From Candidatus Limnocylindrales bacterium (lineage in GTDB: Bacteria > Moduliflexota > Moduliflexia > Moduliflexales > JAUQPW01), in the NCBI GenBank assembly GCA_035559535.1, contig DATMBG010000032.1, forward strand, positions 62,001-126,000: a DNA stretch of 64,000 nucleotides. Direction: 5' to 3'. The notes beneath the pieces were generated by a model, which saw only the letters and a list, made by a program, of their open reading frames with translations, did no database searches and was not told the origin of the DNA. Every line of letters starts with the position of its first letter. Positions within the stretch are counted from its first letter, which is position 1. This document shows, piece by piece, positions 19,672-29,026 of the stretch. The translations under genes and the position numbers were made by a program.

Positions 19672-22600
19672 TTATCCCACCATGACCGTCGTTTCCCTTT
19701 CCACCGGAGTTTCCTCTGGGGCATGTTGTTGGCTTAGCTCGACCCGTAGTCTGGCTTCATAGGCTTTCAACTGCTCTTCGATCTTCCTCCGCTTCTGCTT
19801 TTCTTTGATCATGTCTTCCCGATAACGTTTTAAGAAGTAGGCGATGGTTTCCACTCGAATTTTGATAGAGCCGGTAGGCTTATTTTCATCGATATCCTTA
19901 AAGGAAAAGTAAGGGGTTCCGGATTTCTCCACGATACGCTCGATAACGGTATAGATGGGAGCATCATGGCCACACTTGAAGCTGGAGAGTTCCAGAGCAA
20001 CCAGGTTGGGATGACGGGCCACATACTTAGCGGCCCAGATCTTACGACTCGTATTCTCGCTATAGGAGTTCTTCCATACATCGGAGATATCCATGGGATG
20101 CTTGATAATACCTTTGCGGACTTCCTCACCGAAGAGTCGCTCCAGGATATCCTCATCGATGGGGAGAGAATCTTGGGTCAGAATCGGATAACCGAGTTTT
20201 TGGAACTCTTCCAGGATATCGTGATTAATGCCGGGGTCATTGTGATAGGGGCGGCCGAGAACCACAATACCCAGTCTATCTTCTGCTTCCAGCCGCTTAA
20301 GGACCTCCCGGGCTGTTCCTCGAAGAATGACATTATTGAAGTAATCCAGAGCCTTAAATCCCTGTTCCACTGCACGCTCATTTTCTTCTTCGGAGAGACC
20401 TAGGATATCTTTAAACTGCTCGTACATCTGTTTGGTAAAGAGCTTTCTTTCTGGGATATTCAGGAAGGTATCCAGGTATACGACCCCCATCTCCTTGAAG
20501 AGATCCCCCTCTTTGGTAAAGGCCGCTTTGACAGCCTCAGGCGTTGCGGTAACCGTGGGACAGGCCCGGTTAGATTGGGTATACTTCAAATCCGAGGTGA
20601 GGGAATCGATCATGGGGAAGAAAATATAATCCAGTTTTTTCTTCTTATGGTGTACATAGAGCAGGTTATGGATATGGGGAATCGCAACCTTGCTGGGGAA
20701 GCAGGGATCAATGGAACCTCGCTTGGCTCCTTCCTTGTAGAGTTGCTCACTGGTATAATCGGAATAGACCAGATTACCCGGTAAAATTCCCAGGCTTTCA
20801 AAATAAGCGCTGAACAGCGGATTCTGGGAGTATTGATTGAGGACCCTCGGAATACCAATTCGAATATTTCGGCGGTTTTCCATCAACCGGATCCGTTTCC
20901 GGGTTTTCTCTGTAAAAGCATAGATGGGAATCGGATCGGCTACAATCTCAGGTTTGAAAGATTCCCAGGCCTTTTCGGCGGCTATTTCGCAGAGATTCGG
21001 ATTTTCTTTCTTAACAGCATCCAGGCCCTTCTTGATTTCCTTCATCTCATTCAAGTCTTCGACCGTTCCTTTCTCACAGGTTGCGATAATGAGCCGTTGG
21101 GTACCCGGTTCCAGAGGAACTTTGGATTTCACCTTGGAAGGTTTCTTATTTTCAACTTTTGGGCCCATCTCATTTCCAGATTCCTGGGTTAAGGGATCCT
21201 TTTCTGTCAGGCCGGTCTTGACATCGATGAAGGTCCGGAGGCATTTGTTCTTGCAGAAATAGCATCGGGTATCTTCATTCCGGGTGGTTTTATAGGTAAT
21301 TTGGGCAACTTTATCCAGACCGATAAAAGTAGTCTGTCGGCCATTTGTCCAGAGCCGATGGGCTTCCAAAGCGGCTCCGATAGCCCCACTTTCTCCGGTA
21401 TGTTCATGGACAATGACCTCCGGCTTGACCCCTTTATCTTTGAATCGGGATTCGATGAAATCCACCTGGGCTTTTACGGCGGCCAGGTTATGTTGGGTTC
21501 CACCCTGGAGAAGGAAGCGGGTTCCCAGGGAAGACAAATTGGGAATTTGGGAGACATAGAGCCAGATGTTCTTGGGAAGGACGTTGGCGAGTCCGGCCAT
21601 GATTTCTTCGGCTTTCCATCCCTGTCGTTGGAAGTCCACAATATCCGATTGCATAAATACGGCGCATCCATATCCAAACTCCGGAAAATCTTTGGCGCTG
21701 AAGGCCAGGTCAGCGAATTCCTCAACTGGAAAGCCAAAACCCTCTGCAGTGCTTTGTAAGAAATATCCATTTCCGGCGGAGCATTGCGTATTCAGCTTAA
21801 AGTCCTTTACACGACCGTCTTTCAGGATCATGAGCTTGATATCCTGTCCCCCCACATCACAGATCACGTCTACATTCTTATAAAAGTGGAGACCCGATTC
21901 AGTATGGGCAACAGTTTCTACAATGGCAGCGTCGGCACCCAGAACATCCTTCAGAATATCCTTGGCATAGCCGGTGGTTCCAACTCCCAGGACCTTCAAG
22001 GTAGCCCCTTGGGATTCCACCTGATTTCGAATCTTCCCGATGATCTCTATGGTATCCTGGATAGGATTTCCCTTGGAGAGTTGATAGGCCTTGACCAAAA
22101 CTTCTTTATTTTTATCGATGAGAACCGCTTTGGTAGAGGTAGATCCTCCATCAATACCCAGAAATCCCTCGACGATTTCACCGGCAGAGAACGTTTTAGG
22201 TACGAACTTTTTCTTCTTGTACTTTTCCTTGAAGGCCGCCAGTTCTTCCGGGCTCTTACTAAGTCCACCCCCACCGGCTTTTTTGGCTTTCTCTTCATTC
22301 CGTCCGTAGTTAATGTAATACTCCAGCTCTTTGGTTCCCTTATAAACCCCAACCTGGGGATCTTCTTGTTTTCCGAACTCAACGGCCCCAATGGCGGCGA
22401 AATATTGAGCATTCTTGGGAACTTTGATCAGGTCCATGGGATTCACGCCGGGCGGGAGAGGAACTTTTCGTTCTTCCCAGATTTTGGGAATATTGGCTTT
22501 CCAGCAATCCTGCATCCCTTTGATATAGGTATTGGGACCCCCCAGCAGTAGAACATGGGGACGGAGCGTATTGCCCCGGGTCAAGACCGAGAGGTTTTGC

Positions 22601-23328
22601 TGGACAATGGCTTCAAAGAGAGAGGCCATGAGTTCGTCTGGAGGAACCCCCGATTTCTGGAGGCCGTTAATGTCCGTTTCTGCAAAGACTCCGCATTTAC
22701 CGGCTACCGGATGAAGTCTTAGTCCGAAATATTCCAGTTCAGCCATTTTCTCCGGTGGGATTCTAAGCTTAGCATTAATTTTATCGATGACCGCCCCGGT
22801 ACCTCCAGCGCATTTATCGTTCATACTAGGGATTTTTTTCTTTTTTCCAGTCTCTGGATCTTCTTTGAAAATGATAATCTTAGCATCCTGCCCCCCCAAC
22901 TCGATCACAGATCCGGCCTCTGGGTAAAGTTTTTCTACGGCCAGGGAAACGGCATTGACTTCTTGAACGAACTTGGCACCGATAAAACGACCTACGTTGG
23001 CCCCCCCACTTCCGGTAACAAAAATACGAAAATTCTCCGTCGGAATAGGAAATTCTGCTTCAATTCGTTTCAAGAATTCCAGGACTTTTTCCGGTTGTTT
23101 GGTTTCATGGCGTTGATAGTCGCTCCAGACGATCTCATCCGTAGCAACATCTACAACCACGGCTTTGACCGTTGTAGAGCCGACATCTAAACCAATCATT
23201 AAATGGCGATCCGATATATTTTCTTTCTTATCCGGGGGAATCGCCTGGATTGTGGGCCCAGGTTCTATACCTTCGATTTGTAGAAGTTTGCTGGCTCCAT
23301 TGGATTCCTGAGAACAGCAGCCGCCCAT
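19672..23328 (-). CDS. PlsA/Ger-like ether-lipid reductase: two BadF/BcrA-type (ASKHA) activase domains plus DUF2229-like Fe-S domain
   Basis: GLDVGSTTVK..ELGGQDAK..MNDKCAGGTG..KCGVFA; second GIDGGSTSTK..DVGGQDIK..QCSAGNG..GCAVF; CYFCKNKC linker; IGIPRVL, CFPSK, GRPYH, SFKCGHD. Start at 23328 (GAGG SD) rather than 23421. Confidence 0.85.
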   Translation of the reverse strand: MGGCCSQESNGASKLLQIEGIEPGPTIQAIPPDKKENISDRHLMIGLDVGSTTVKAVVVDVATDEIVWSDYQRHETKQPEKVLEFLKRIEAEFPIPTENFRIFVTGSGGANVGRFIGAKFVQEVNAVSLAVEKLYPEAGSVIELGGQDAKIIIFKEDPETGKKKKIPSMNDKCAGGTGAVIDKINAKLRIPPEKMAELEYFGLRLHPVAGKCGVFAETDINGLQKSGVPPDELMASLFEAIVQQNLSVLTRGNTLRPHVLLLGGPNTYIKGMQDCWKANIPKIWEERKVPLPPGVNPMDLIKVPKNAQYFAAIGAVEFGKQEDPQVGVYKGTKELEYYINYGRNEEKAKKAGGGGLSKSPEELAAFKEKYKKKKFVPKTFSAGEIVEGFLGIDGGSTSTKAVLIDKNKEVLVKAYQLSKGNPIQDTIEIIGKIRNQVESQGATLKVLGVGTTGYAKDILKDVLGADAAIVETVAHTESGLHFYKNVDVICDVGGQDIKLMILKDGRVKDFKLNTQCSAGNGYFLQSTAEGFGFPVEEFADLAFSAKDFPEFGYGCAVFMQSDIVDFQRQGWKAEEIMAGLANVLPKNIWLYVSQIPNLSSLGTRFLLQGGTQHNLAAVKAQVDFIESRFKDKGVKPEVIVHEHTGESGAIGAALEAHRLWTNGRQTTFIGLDKVAQITYKTTRNEDTRCYFCKNKCLRTFIDVKTGLTEKDPLTQESGNEMGPKVENKKPSKVKSKVPLEPGTQRLIIATCEKGTVEDLNEMKEIKKGLDAVKKENPNLCEIAAEKAWESFKPEIVADPIPIYAFTEKTRKRIRLMENRRNIRIGIPRVLNQYSQNPLFSAYFESLGILPGNLVYSDYTSEQLYKEGAKRGSIDPCFPSKVAIPHIHNLLYVHHKKKKLDYIFFPMIDSLTSDLKYTQSNRACPTVTATPEAVKAAFTKEGDLFKEMGVVYLDTFLNIPERKLFTKQMYEQFKDILGLSEEENERAVEQGFKALDYFNNVILRGTAREVLKRLEAEDRLGIVVLGRPYHNDPGINHDILEEFQKLGYPILTQDSLPIDEDILERLFGEEVRKGIIKHPMDISDVWKNSYSENTSRKIWAAKYVARHPNLVALELSSFKCGHDAPIYTVIERIVEKSGTPYFSFKDIDENKPTGSIKIRVETIAYFLKRYREDMIKEKQKRRKIEEQLKAYEARLRVELSQQHAPEETPVERETTVMVG

Positions 23329-23404
23329 TATTTTTTCCTCCTCTAACCTGTTAGAGAGTATAGGGAGCACGGGTCTTAGATCCCATACCCCTAGACTCCT
23401 CCAT

Positions 23405-25207
23405 CTACTTCCGACCTTCACCCCTCATCAATTCTGCAACGTGGTGAACGAACCGAGCTGCCGTACCGATGATCCCTTTATAGTGGGGGATCTTGTACAT
23501 AGGCCGTTTCAGTTCGGGATGGTCTTCTACATAAGCTTTGATTTCTTCCAAAGTATAGCCGGTAGCCTCCAAAACACGTTTGAATTCTTCTTTGGCTTTG
23601 ACTTTCGCTTCACCCAAGGCCATTTGAACCCGACTATGGGCATTGATCTCACCTTCACCGGAGGTTTCAATGGGGAGGTAAATCATATCCTTGTACATAC
23701 CCATCACGGCGGATTGAACCCCATCACTTTGGGTACTGGGCATACACCCAAAAGGCTTCAGCGAGAGAACCATGTGACAGAGGTCTTTATTATGGTAGTA
23801 GATATTTTTAGCCACTTCCAAATGACCTTCTCCTCCGCCTGCACGGGAATTATACATGGGATGGGCAATTCGTTGGAGTTCGTATTGATCCGTTAACCCG
23901 TGGGCCGTTCCGCCCAAAGCTTCCCGGAGTCGGTTGTATTCCCGGGCAAAGATTTTCTCGGCGATGGTCAGTTGGGCCAGCTTGCTATAGCAATTCTTGA
24001 GCGCCTTGACCCGTTTATGATATTCCCACCACTCTGGAGTGGGTTCCCCTTCTATCAGGCCCTTCCGGTCCCGAATCCCTTGCTTGGCTTGATGGATCAT
24101 ATAATTAATCCAGGTAGCAATGGGTTCTACCAGAACCTCTGCACCTTCCCGTTCCAGGAATCGGAACATATTAAAATTTCCATCGCCTTCCGTGGTTTGG
24201 GCCCAGAATTCACCGGTAATTTTTACAATGGGTTTCACCCGGGTACGATCGACTTCGATCTGGTTGAAGCGATCCCGAACGTTTCTAAGTGCACCGGTAT
24301 AGTAATCACTGAACAATTGGTTTAAAAACTTTCCAATCATCTCTGCGGTATCCATCAAATTGGGCATTTTATTGAGAATTTTTCCCAAAATCCCCTTGAT
24401 TTCCCAATATTCCTTCTTTTTCATAACCTCGTGCATGTAATCCATAATTTCCCGCAGAGCCAGATCGGTTGCGCCTGGTTTGACCTCAAAAGGCCGAATC
24501 TGGTAGGAGACCTCGTTGATTAAGTCCCCGATATTGAAGGCGTTTAGCAATCCCATAAAGAACTTAACGTTCATCTCAAGTCCGGCTTCCACTTCACTCT
24601 GATTTAACCCACCGGATTGCTGGAACAATAAAACCCGGAACCCATCAAATCCTGCATTTTGTAACGCCAGTCGGTATTCGGCCTCATACATTCCGAACCG
24701 GCAAGGTCCACAAGCCCCGGCGGTAATGAACACATAGTTATCGATAATTTCCTTTTTGGACAGACCCTGGGCTTCTAAATTTTGGAGATACTTCACCAGG
24801 TTTCCAACGGTAAAGTAAGTGGGATTGCATTGACCGTTGTTGCCATACTCCTTCCCGAGTTGGAAGGATTTTACATCCGGGGTGGGTAGATAGTTGGGTT
24901 TATAGCCCAGTCCTTCCAGGGCTCCATGGACCAGGTGTTCGTGCTTCCAGGTTAATCCACCAAAAAGAATGGTCGTATGACCTCGTTGGTCCCGGGTAAA
25001 GGGGTTTTCTTGGGGTCTTGTAAAGTGTTGAACGGTCTTTTTCTGAATACCTGCTTCCCTTTCTAACCGGGCTCTTTCTTCATTCAACCTTTGTTGAATT
25101 AAATCTTCCAGAGAATGACCTGGAGCAGGGTCCTTTTTGTAGGGGTGACCGTTGGGATTTCCGTTTTGTTCTATGACCGGTAAGCTCATATGAGAAGAAT
25201 CTGCCAT
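23405..25207 (-). CDS. PlsR-like / 2-hydroxyacyl-CoA dehydratase-like Fe-S reductase component
   Basis: GQCNPTYFTVG, ACGPCRFGMY, KITGEFW, GGEGHLEV, KPFGCMPS motifs; adjacent to activase gene. Confidence 0.8.
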   Translation of the reverse strand: MADSSHMSLPVIEQNGNPNGHPYKKDPAPGHSLEDLIQQRLNEERARLEREAGIQKKTVQHFTRPQENPFTRDQRGHTTILFGGLTWKHEHLVHGALEGLGYKPNYLPTPDVKSFQLGKEYGNNGQCNPTYFTVGNLVKYLQNLEAQGLSKKEIIDNYVFITAGACGPCRFGMYEAEYRLALQNAGFDGFRVLLFQQSGGLNQSEVEAGLEMNVKFFMGLLNAFNIGDLINEVSYQIRPFEVKPGATDLALREIMDYMHEVMKKKEYWEIKGILGKILNKMPNLMDTAEMIGKFLNQLFSDYYTGALRNVRDRFNQIEVDRTRVKPIVKITGEFWAQTTEGDGNFNMFRFLEREGAEVLVEPIATWINYMIHQAKQGIRDRKGLIEGEPTPEWWEYHKRVKALKNCYSKLAQLTIAEKIFAREYNRLREALGGTAHGLTDQYELQRIAHPMYNSRAGGGEGHLEVAKNIYYHNKDLCHMVLSLKPFGCMPSTQSDGVQSAVMGMYKDMIYLPIETSGEGEINAHSRVQMALGEAKVKAKEEFKRVLEATGYTLEEIKAYVEDHPELKRPMYKIPHYKGIIGTAARFVHHVAELMRGEGRK

Positions 25208-25225
25208 TCTACACCTCTAAAAAGA

Positions 25226-25349
25226 GAAGGTATGGGGGCATGGAAGGAAGTATGGGAGTGTGGGGGTGGGGGAGTGGGGGAGATAAAACTTCTATGCTCC
25301 CATACTCCCATACCTCCCTACTCCCATACTTTCATACTCCCATACCTCC
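25226..25349. repeat. Inverted array of degenerate octamers (TATGGGAG / CTCCCATA) forming a long hairpin
   Basis: G-rich left arm and CTCCCATA tandem units in right arm, intergenic inside operon. Confidence 0.85.
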
Positions 25350-25356
25350 GGTTGGA

Positions 25357-26352
25357 TCATGTAAATAACAACGTAGGAAGGGAGCTCCACAAACCCTTAA
25401 TCGAGTAAAGGACTTCAACCTCACCGCGGCAGTTATACCAGCAAGCGTCGCAGGTATTCATTTCATTTTCTCGCTTCAAGGCAGCCAGGGTTTTTTCAAT
25501 GGGTAACTCCGTAATTTTACCTATAGAAGCCTGACGATGTTCCACACATTTAGATACTTGAGAGAAATTATCGATATTGAAGAAGGATCTTCCGGCGTGG
25601 CATCCCGAGATACCTCCGGTAGTCAGGAATTGATCAAAGTTACCTAAGAACACCGGGTTAGAGAGGAAGTTTTTATACTTCTTCTTCAATTTCAGCAGAT
25701 GTTCTGTGGCCTCCTTTCCGAAACGATATTTCTGTTCCCCGGTTTTCATGGTACTATAGGGTTGAACCATGAAATAGGCATTGTGCTTGGCCGCTAATTG
25801 GATCAATCCTTCAATATCGTCCAGGTTATCATGGAACAAGACCGTCATCAGATTAACCCGTTGGTATCTCCGAATACGTTCCTCAGAGAAAAACTTCAAA
25901 GCCCTCACGGCCCGTTCATGGGAGCCTTCTCGCCCCCGCATGGCATCATGTTTTTTGGGGTCCAGATAATCGATCGAGACGCTGGCCCCCCATAAACCGG
26001 CTTCATAAACCCTTCGGGCCAATTCACGGGTAATCATCCATCCATTGGTGGTTACAAAGGGAAAGTGATACTTCGCCAGAATGGAAATAATTTCAGGTAG
26101 ATCCTTCCGAAGAAAAGGTTCTCCACCTGCAATGTTGATCATGAGAGAACCAAACTGCGCCAGCTTTTCCGCTCCTATTCGAAAATCCTCTAAGGTTGCC
26201 TCGTTTTTGGGGCGTTCCTGCCAGTAATAGCAAAAAGAGCATTTGTAATTGCACCAATAGGTAACCTGCCATGAACACCAAACCGGGTTTCCTTTCAAGT
26301 AACTCCAGACCAGACGCAGCTTTTTCACAAACGGCGATAACTCACCCTTCAT
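25357..26352 (-). CDS. Uncharacterised radical SAM protein with twitch/SPASM-like C-terminus
   Basis: CNYKCSFC, AGGEPFLR, HDAMRG, C-terminal CHAG...C...CDACWYNC; no cobalamin-binding domain. Confidence 0.88.
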   Translation of the reverse strand: MKGELSPFVKKLRLVWSYLKGNPVWCSWQVTYWCNYKCSFCYYWQERPKNEATLEDFRIGAEKLAQFGSLMINIAGGEPFLRKDLPEIISILAKYHFPFVTTNGWMITRELARRVYEAGLWGASVSIDYLDPKKHDAMRGREGSHERAVRALKFFSEERIRRYQRVNLMTVLFHDNLDDIEGLIQLAAKHNAYFMVQPYSTMKTGEQKYRFGKEATEHLLKLKKKYKNFLSNPVFLGNFDQFLTTGGISGCHAGRSFFNIDNFSQVSKCVEHRQASIGKITELPIEKTLAALKRENEMNTCDACWYNCRGEVEVLYSIKGLWSSLPTLLFT

Positions 26353-26463
26353 TGTAAAAAGTGGCTAAGGTAGGTTAAAGTTCTTAAAGTGAACTAACCT
26401 TCAAAACCTTCCCCTTTTAGTTCCCCGTAAACTTTAACCCCCTGAGCTGACTTCTCCCTTATT

Positions 26464-28545
26464 TTATTGGTCGAGCTCAATCTGAATTAACGAGGAGGTT
26501 CCAACTTCTGGCGCCACGGGTTCCTTCAGAACGTATTGGCGGTACAGTTTGGCCATTTGTGCATTTTCCCTCTCCCGGCGCAGTCTCTCTTCCCGGGCCT
26601 TTCGCTTTTCTTCCCGGGCATTCTTGGCAATACCTAATTCATCCAGGTCGGTCTGGGCCCCTGCTGCCACATGTTCTGGATTTACAACCAGGGAGTGCTC
26701 GGTACTCTCCAGATTCACCTTTCTCCCACCGGTAAAAATTTCATGCCGCCCATGCTCCTCATACCATTTGGCCAATGTGGCTGTCATATGCATTTTCTCG
26801 ACAATCTTCCGCCAGCCTACTCCGGTGTTATAAGCACAAAACGAAATCTCTCCCTCTTGCGTAGCATAGGGAATAATACATTGCTCGGTTCGTCGAAAAT
26901 CATAATTAAACAAATCCTGGAACCACATTCCGGCTATAAACAGGAAATTCCAACGATCGCTCCGCCGCTTCTGAATGTCTTCCATGGTCCGATCGGCGGT
27001 TACCTTACCGTAATTTCTTCCCGTTGCCCCGAAGGACTTATCGAACTTCACCAGCAGATCCGTCAGCTTGAAATGGGTAGGAGCCTGGAAGGGATCGTAG
27101 TTCCGGATCAGGGACAGGGCCATCCCCAAAATCGATAACCACTTCCCTCGGGCTGCATCATTTACCTTGGCTATGTCTCTGGCTAAACGATCTGCGTTCA
27201 AGAAAGCCGTAACCGGTACCGCCTCTTTGGTTTCCTTATCTACCATGATGGCCATTCCAACCCCACAGTTGGGATGACACCCACAACTCACCTGCCCCCA
27301 GTCTGCTTGAGGTCCATGCACCAGATCTGACCAATCAGAAAAGGTACTTATAAACGAAATGGGGAACCAATCCCGGGCAGGTTCTCCAATACCCAGTTGA
27401 TTTTTCACATCGTGTGCCAGATGGGACAGGGTATACCGTTGGGCCATGCGCCGTTCATCGGTAATGTTTTCATCTCGACCGGTAAAAGATACCGGTTGAA
27501 AGGCACAAAATGCGATCTTTTTCGGGTTATCCAGGGCAAATTGGATGATCCTTCCCACCTGTTCATTGTTGATGCCGTTCACAATGGTAACCACCAGGAT
27601 AATCTCAACCCCTGCATTATGCAGATTCTCAATCGCTCGCAATTTTACATCAAAAAGATTACCCACCCGCCGGTGTGAGTTGGCGGCATTGCCGATTCCA
27701 TCAAATTGTAGATAAACATACCGTAAACCGGCTTCTGCGGCTTGCTTGCAGAATTCCGGACTCTTGGCAAACTCAATCCCATTGGTGGCGGCCTGTACAC
27801 TGTTATACCCTAACTTGCGGGCATAACGGATGGCTTCAATAAAGTGGGGAGATAACGTCGGCTCTCCACCCGAGAACTGAACCGATAACTGACGACGGGG
27901 CTTAATAGAAATAGCATTGTCCAGAAGCGTTTTGATTTCTTCCCAGGTCAATTCATGGACAAATCCCACCTGATTTGCATCCATGAAGCAGGGATCACAC
28001 ATCATGTTGCAGCGGTTGGTCAGGTCAATGGTTAAAACGGCCCCACGCCCACTCTTGATGGTACTGCTTCCATGATTATGAAGTGCCTCATCATTATGGG
28101 CCCGAATATCTCGACCGGGGAATACCTCCTCCAGATGCCGGGTGAAGGCGGGATCAATGGATAGGACATCTTCAAAGTGCCCATGCTTTGGACAATCTTT
28201 AACCATCAAAATCTTACCATCTCGCTCAATAATCTGAGCCTTAATCTCCCCAATCCTTTCCGTACGCAGAATTTCTTGAGGAAGTTTACCGTTGAGAATC
28301 TGCTCCCTGATTTCAGGAACACATCTCGGACATAAAGAATCCGTGGTTCTCGGCCATCCCAGGGTCGGTCTGGTTTTTTGATAAGACTTTAAGAGCGGCT
28401 TGTCAGACCACCGGGGAATGAAGGAAGGGTTAGGTCTGATACGATTAAGCCTCTCAAACACAAACCAGGCTGCATTGGCCACATAGGTTAATCCCTTTTC
28501 TACATACTTCACCGGTTTATGCTTACGTTGATGGGCAACAATCAT
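26464..28545 (-). CDS. tes: Tetraether lipid synthase (Tes/GDGT-MAS)-like radical SAM enzyme
   Basis: N-terminal TDSLCPRC...KDCPKHG rubredoxin-like site; IDLTNRCNMMCDPCF; QFSGGEPT; YLQFDG; FQPVSFTG; C-terminal CHPNCG, CIIPYA, ISFCAYN; AAGGAG SD. Confidence 0.82.
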   Translation of the reverse strand: MIVAHQRKHKPVKYVEKGLTYVANAAWFVFERLNRIRPNPSFIPRWSDKPLLKSYQKTRPTLGWPRTTDSLCPRCVPEIREQILNGKLPQEILRTERIGEIKAQIIERDGKILMVKDCPKHGHFEDVLSIDPAFTRHLEEVFPGRDIRAHNDEALHNHGSSTIKSGRGAVLTIDLTNRCNMMCDPCFMDANQVGFVHELTWEEIKTLLDNAISIKPRRQLSVQFSGGEPTLSPHFIEAIRYARKLGYNSVQAATNGIEFAKSPEFCKQAAEAGLRYVYLQFDGIGNAANSHRRVGNLFDVKLRAIENLHNAGVEIILVVTIVNGINNEQVGRIIQFALDNPKKIAFCAFQPVSFTGRDENITDERRMAQRYTLSHLAHDVKNQLGIGEPARDWFPISFISTFSDWSDLVHGPQADWGQVSCGCHPNCGVGMAIMVDKETKEAVPVTAFLNADRLARDIAKVNDAARGKWLSILGMALSLIRNYDPFQAPTHFKLTDLLVKFDKSFGATGRNYGKVTADRTMEDIQKRRSDRWNFLFIAGMWFQDLFNYDFRRTEQCIIPYATQEGEISFCAYNTGVGWRKIVEKMHMTATLAKWYEEHGRHEIFTGGRKVNLESTEHSLVVNPEHVAAGAQTDLDELGIAKNAREEKRKAREERLRRERENAQMAKLYRQYVLKEPVAPEVGTSSLIQIELDQ

Positions 28546-28791
28546 ATTTTTTCTCCTTATTATATTATTATTAGTTGCTTACTCCCACGTAGGGACGTGG
28601 GGTAAATTCATAACCGATTTGCGACTTCTAGGTGCCACAAGTCGGAAATGGTAAGTACTTACTTGACGATTCAAATAAAATTACGCTTATGATTACGGCG
28701 ATGATTTGGAAAGGATTCCTCATCATCATCGTAATTATCGACGTAATCTATCTCATCTTGTCAAGACAAAAATTCCCCCACTCTTTTATAC

Positions 28792-28806
28792 TCAAATACT
28801 GTGCCA
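28792..28806 (-). promoter_or_regulatory. Putative sigma54 promoter of tes operon
   Basis: Minus strand TGGCAC-AGTAT-TTGA (consensus TGGCAC-N5-TTGC, one mismatch at -12); tandem near-palindromes at 28916-28930 and 28938-28952. Confidence 0.45.
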
Positions 28807-28987
28807 AATTTAGATTAAAATATAAAAAGAGGTATAAGAGGGCCGGAATTAGGTTAGTTTCTAAAATTAAGTGAAGGAACCAGCCTGGTTTTAAATCCCT
28901 TATTTTTCAATTTTTAGTTCAAAATAAAACCGAATGGGTTTCAAAATGAAATCCTCTCTTTCTCTCCAAATCCCTGTGTTAAATCAT

Positions 28988-29017
28988 TTGACATCCCCGG
29001 TTTGCTGTGATTAAATT
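28988..29017 (+). promoter_or_regulatory. Putative sigma70 promoter of FHA/kinase cluster
   Basis: TTGACA-N18-TAAATT; ATG only about 10 nt downstream, no obvious SD (near-leaderless). Confidence 0.45.
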
Positions 29018-29026
29018 CAAAATATC

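Noticed and set aside
26464-28545. MoaA / molybdenum cofactor biosynthesis annotation suggested by the nearby W/Mo cluster
   Set aside because: Twice MoaA length, has Tes-type N- and C-terminal motifs, lacks the MoaA C-terminal CxxC-x13-C and GG end; a terminator and about 870 bp separate the loci
28632-28874. 80-aa ORF in the divergent intergenic region
   Set aside because: AT-rich, no SD, overlaps promoter-like elements; likely spurious
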